Assembly: GCA_040954595.2 (NCBI GenBank)
Contig: CM082576.2
Coordinates: forward strand, 17,159,028 to 17,223,027
Length of the DNA stretch: 64,000 nucleotides
DNA from: Balanoglossus misakiensis
Taxonomy: Eukaryota > Animalia > Hemichordata
Direction of reading: 5' to 3'
A model generated the notes under the pieces. The model saw only the letters and a program-made list of their open reading frames with translations, did no database searches and had not been told where the DNA came from. Below, piece after piece: positions 63,184-64,000 of the stretch. The first letter of the stretch is position 1, and each line of letters opens with the position of its first letter. The position numbers and the translations under genes are program-made.

Positions 63184-64000
63184 TAGTCTCGGTTACCCAG
63201 AGCCCTCTGCTTCTTCCGTTGGGCACTCCAGAAAGAGGGTCTGGGGAAACCCGGTAGACAAATCGCCAGGCGGAATCTTCGCTGAACACTGCGTCTCACG
63301 TGACTTGGCAAAAAGACGCGTCACGAAGATAGACGCAGATAAACGCCGACCGCCATTTTGAAAAGTGTTAGTTTTTTGACACTTTCCCGGAAGTGGCTAA
63401 TGTGCATACCAGCCAACATTTGTGTCAGTAGTTGTATTGATTTTAGCTTCACTTCCATCATAAACTGTTGGTTTTTTAAAAATATGTATATTCGGGAAGA
63501 CTAAAAATGAATGTCAAGAAACGCGACAGATTGAATGTAGCCCGGAAGTTATAGAACGTTCATTTATTAGCCAATCAGATTCCAAAATTCTAAATATGGC
63601 GGTTTGTGTTTACCTGCCTCTTTGGTGTTTGTCACCGAGGCAGGGTACCAGCCAAGGCGGAATCGGGACAGCTGCGATGCATGACGGGAGATTAAAAGGT
63701 GGGTATCGTCCCGAAATAGCCTTTGTTGATAAACATTACTTTTACCCACAATGCACTGCAGAACCTGTGTGCGAGCTAGATAAAGATGGCCGCGATTTCT
63801 CTCGCATAAAGTCTAAAAAGGGGCCGTTCTACAAGTTGTGAGGCATTTTGTGGTGTTTTGGCGTCCCGTATGGACGAGGTGTGCTCGGTAACGGTTATCG
63901 GTCCACGAGTTTTGATTCAGAGACGGAAATTCTAGTCGAAATGACTGCCCAAAGATCGGTCGGGAATCGCCAGCTTTGCCCGGTATTTCGAGTGAGCAGG

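Noticed and set aside
63540-64000. CpG-rich end of the window as an exon or promoter
   Set aside because: No interpretable ORF or splice pairing; could be TRAF upstream sequence or a repeat continuing beyond the window.

Overview
Intron-rich animal genomic DNA. The gene set and repeat types suggest a marine invertebrate deuterostome, but the host cannot be named from this window. Manual GT-AG and phase-consistent splicing gives four genes. (1) + strand ~318-9472: a 53BP1-derived gene whose tandem-Tudor exons are open but whose BRCT exons are broken by stops, frameshifts and deletion. (2) + strand 14181-28143: an intact 16-exon, 631-aa DNMT3-family gene (PWWP-ADD-full MTase fold) with motifs I, III, IV, VI and X all substituted, including catalytic Cys to Val. 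It is a candidate DNMT3L-like pseudo-methyltransferase and the headline finding. (3) - strand 33233-54682: a 19-exon, 913-aa Ig-Ig-FN3-FN3 receptor tyrosine kinase of TAM (Tyro3/Axl/Mer) type. (4) - strand 58896-62329: a 6-exon TRAF (RING-ZnF-coiled coil-MATH). Introns carry many TTAA-, TWA- and TA-flanked MITEs, LINE, BEL and Penelope fragments, a minimal hammerhead ribozyme, and a set of long hairpins with an ssDNA-folding signature. All gene models and alignments were made by eye against remembered reference proteins and need RNA-seq and alignment confirmation.
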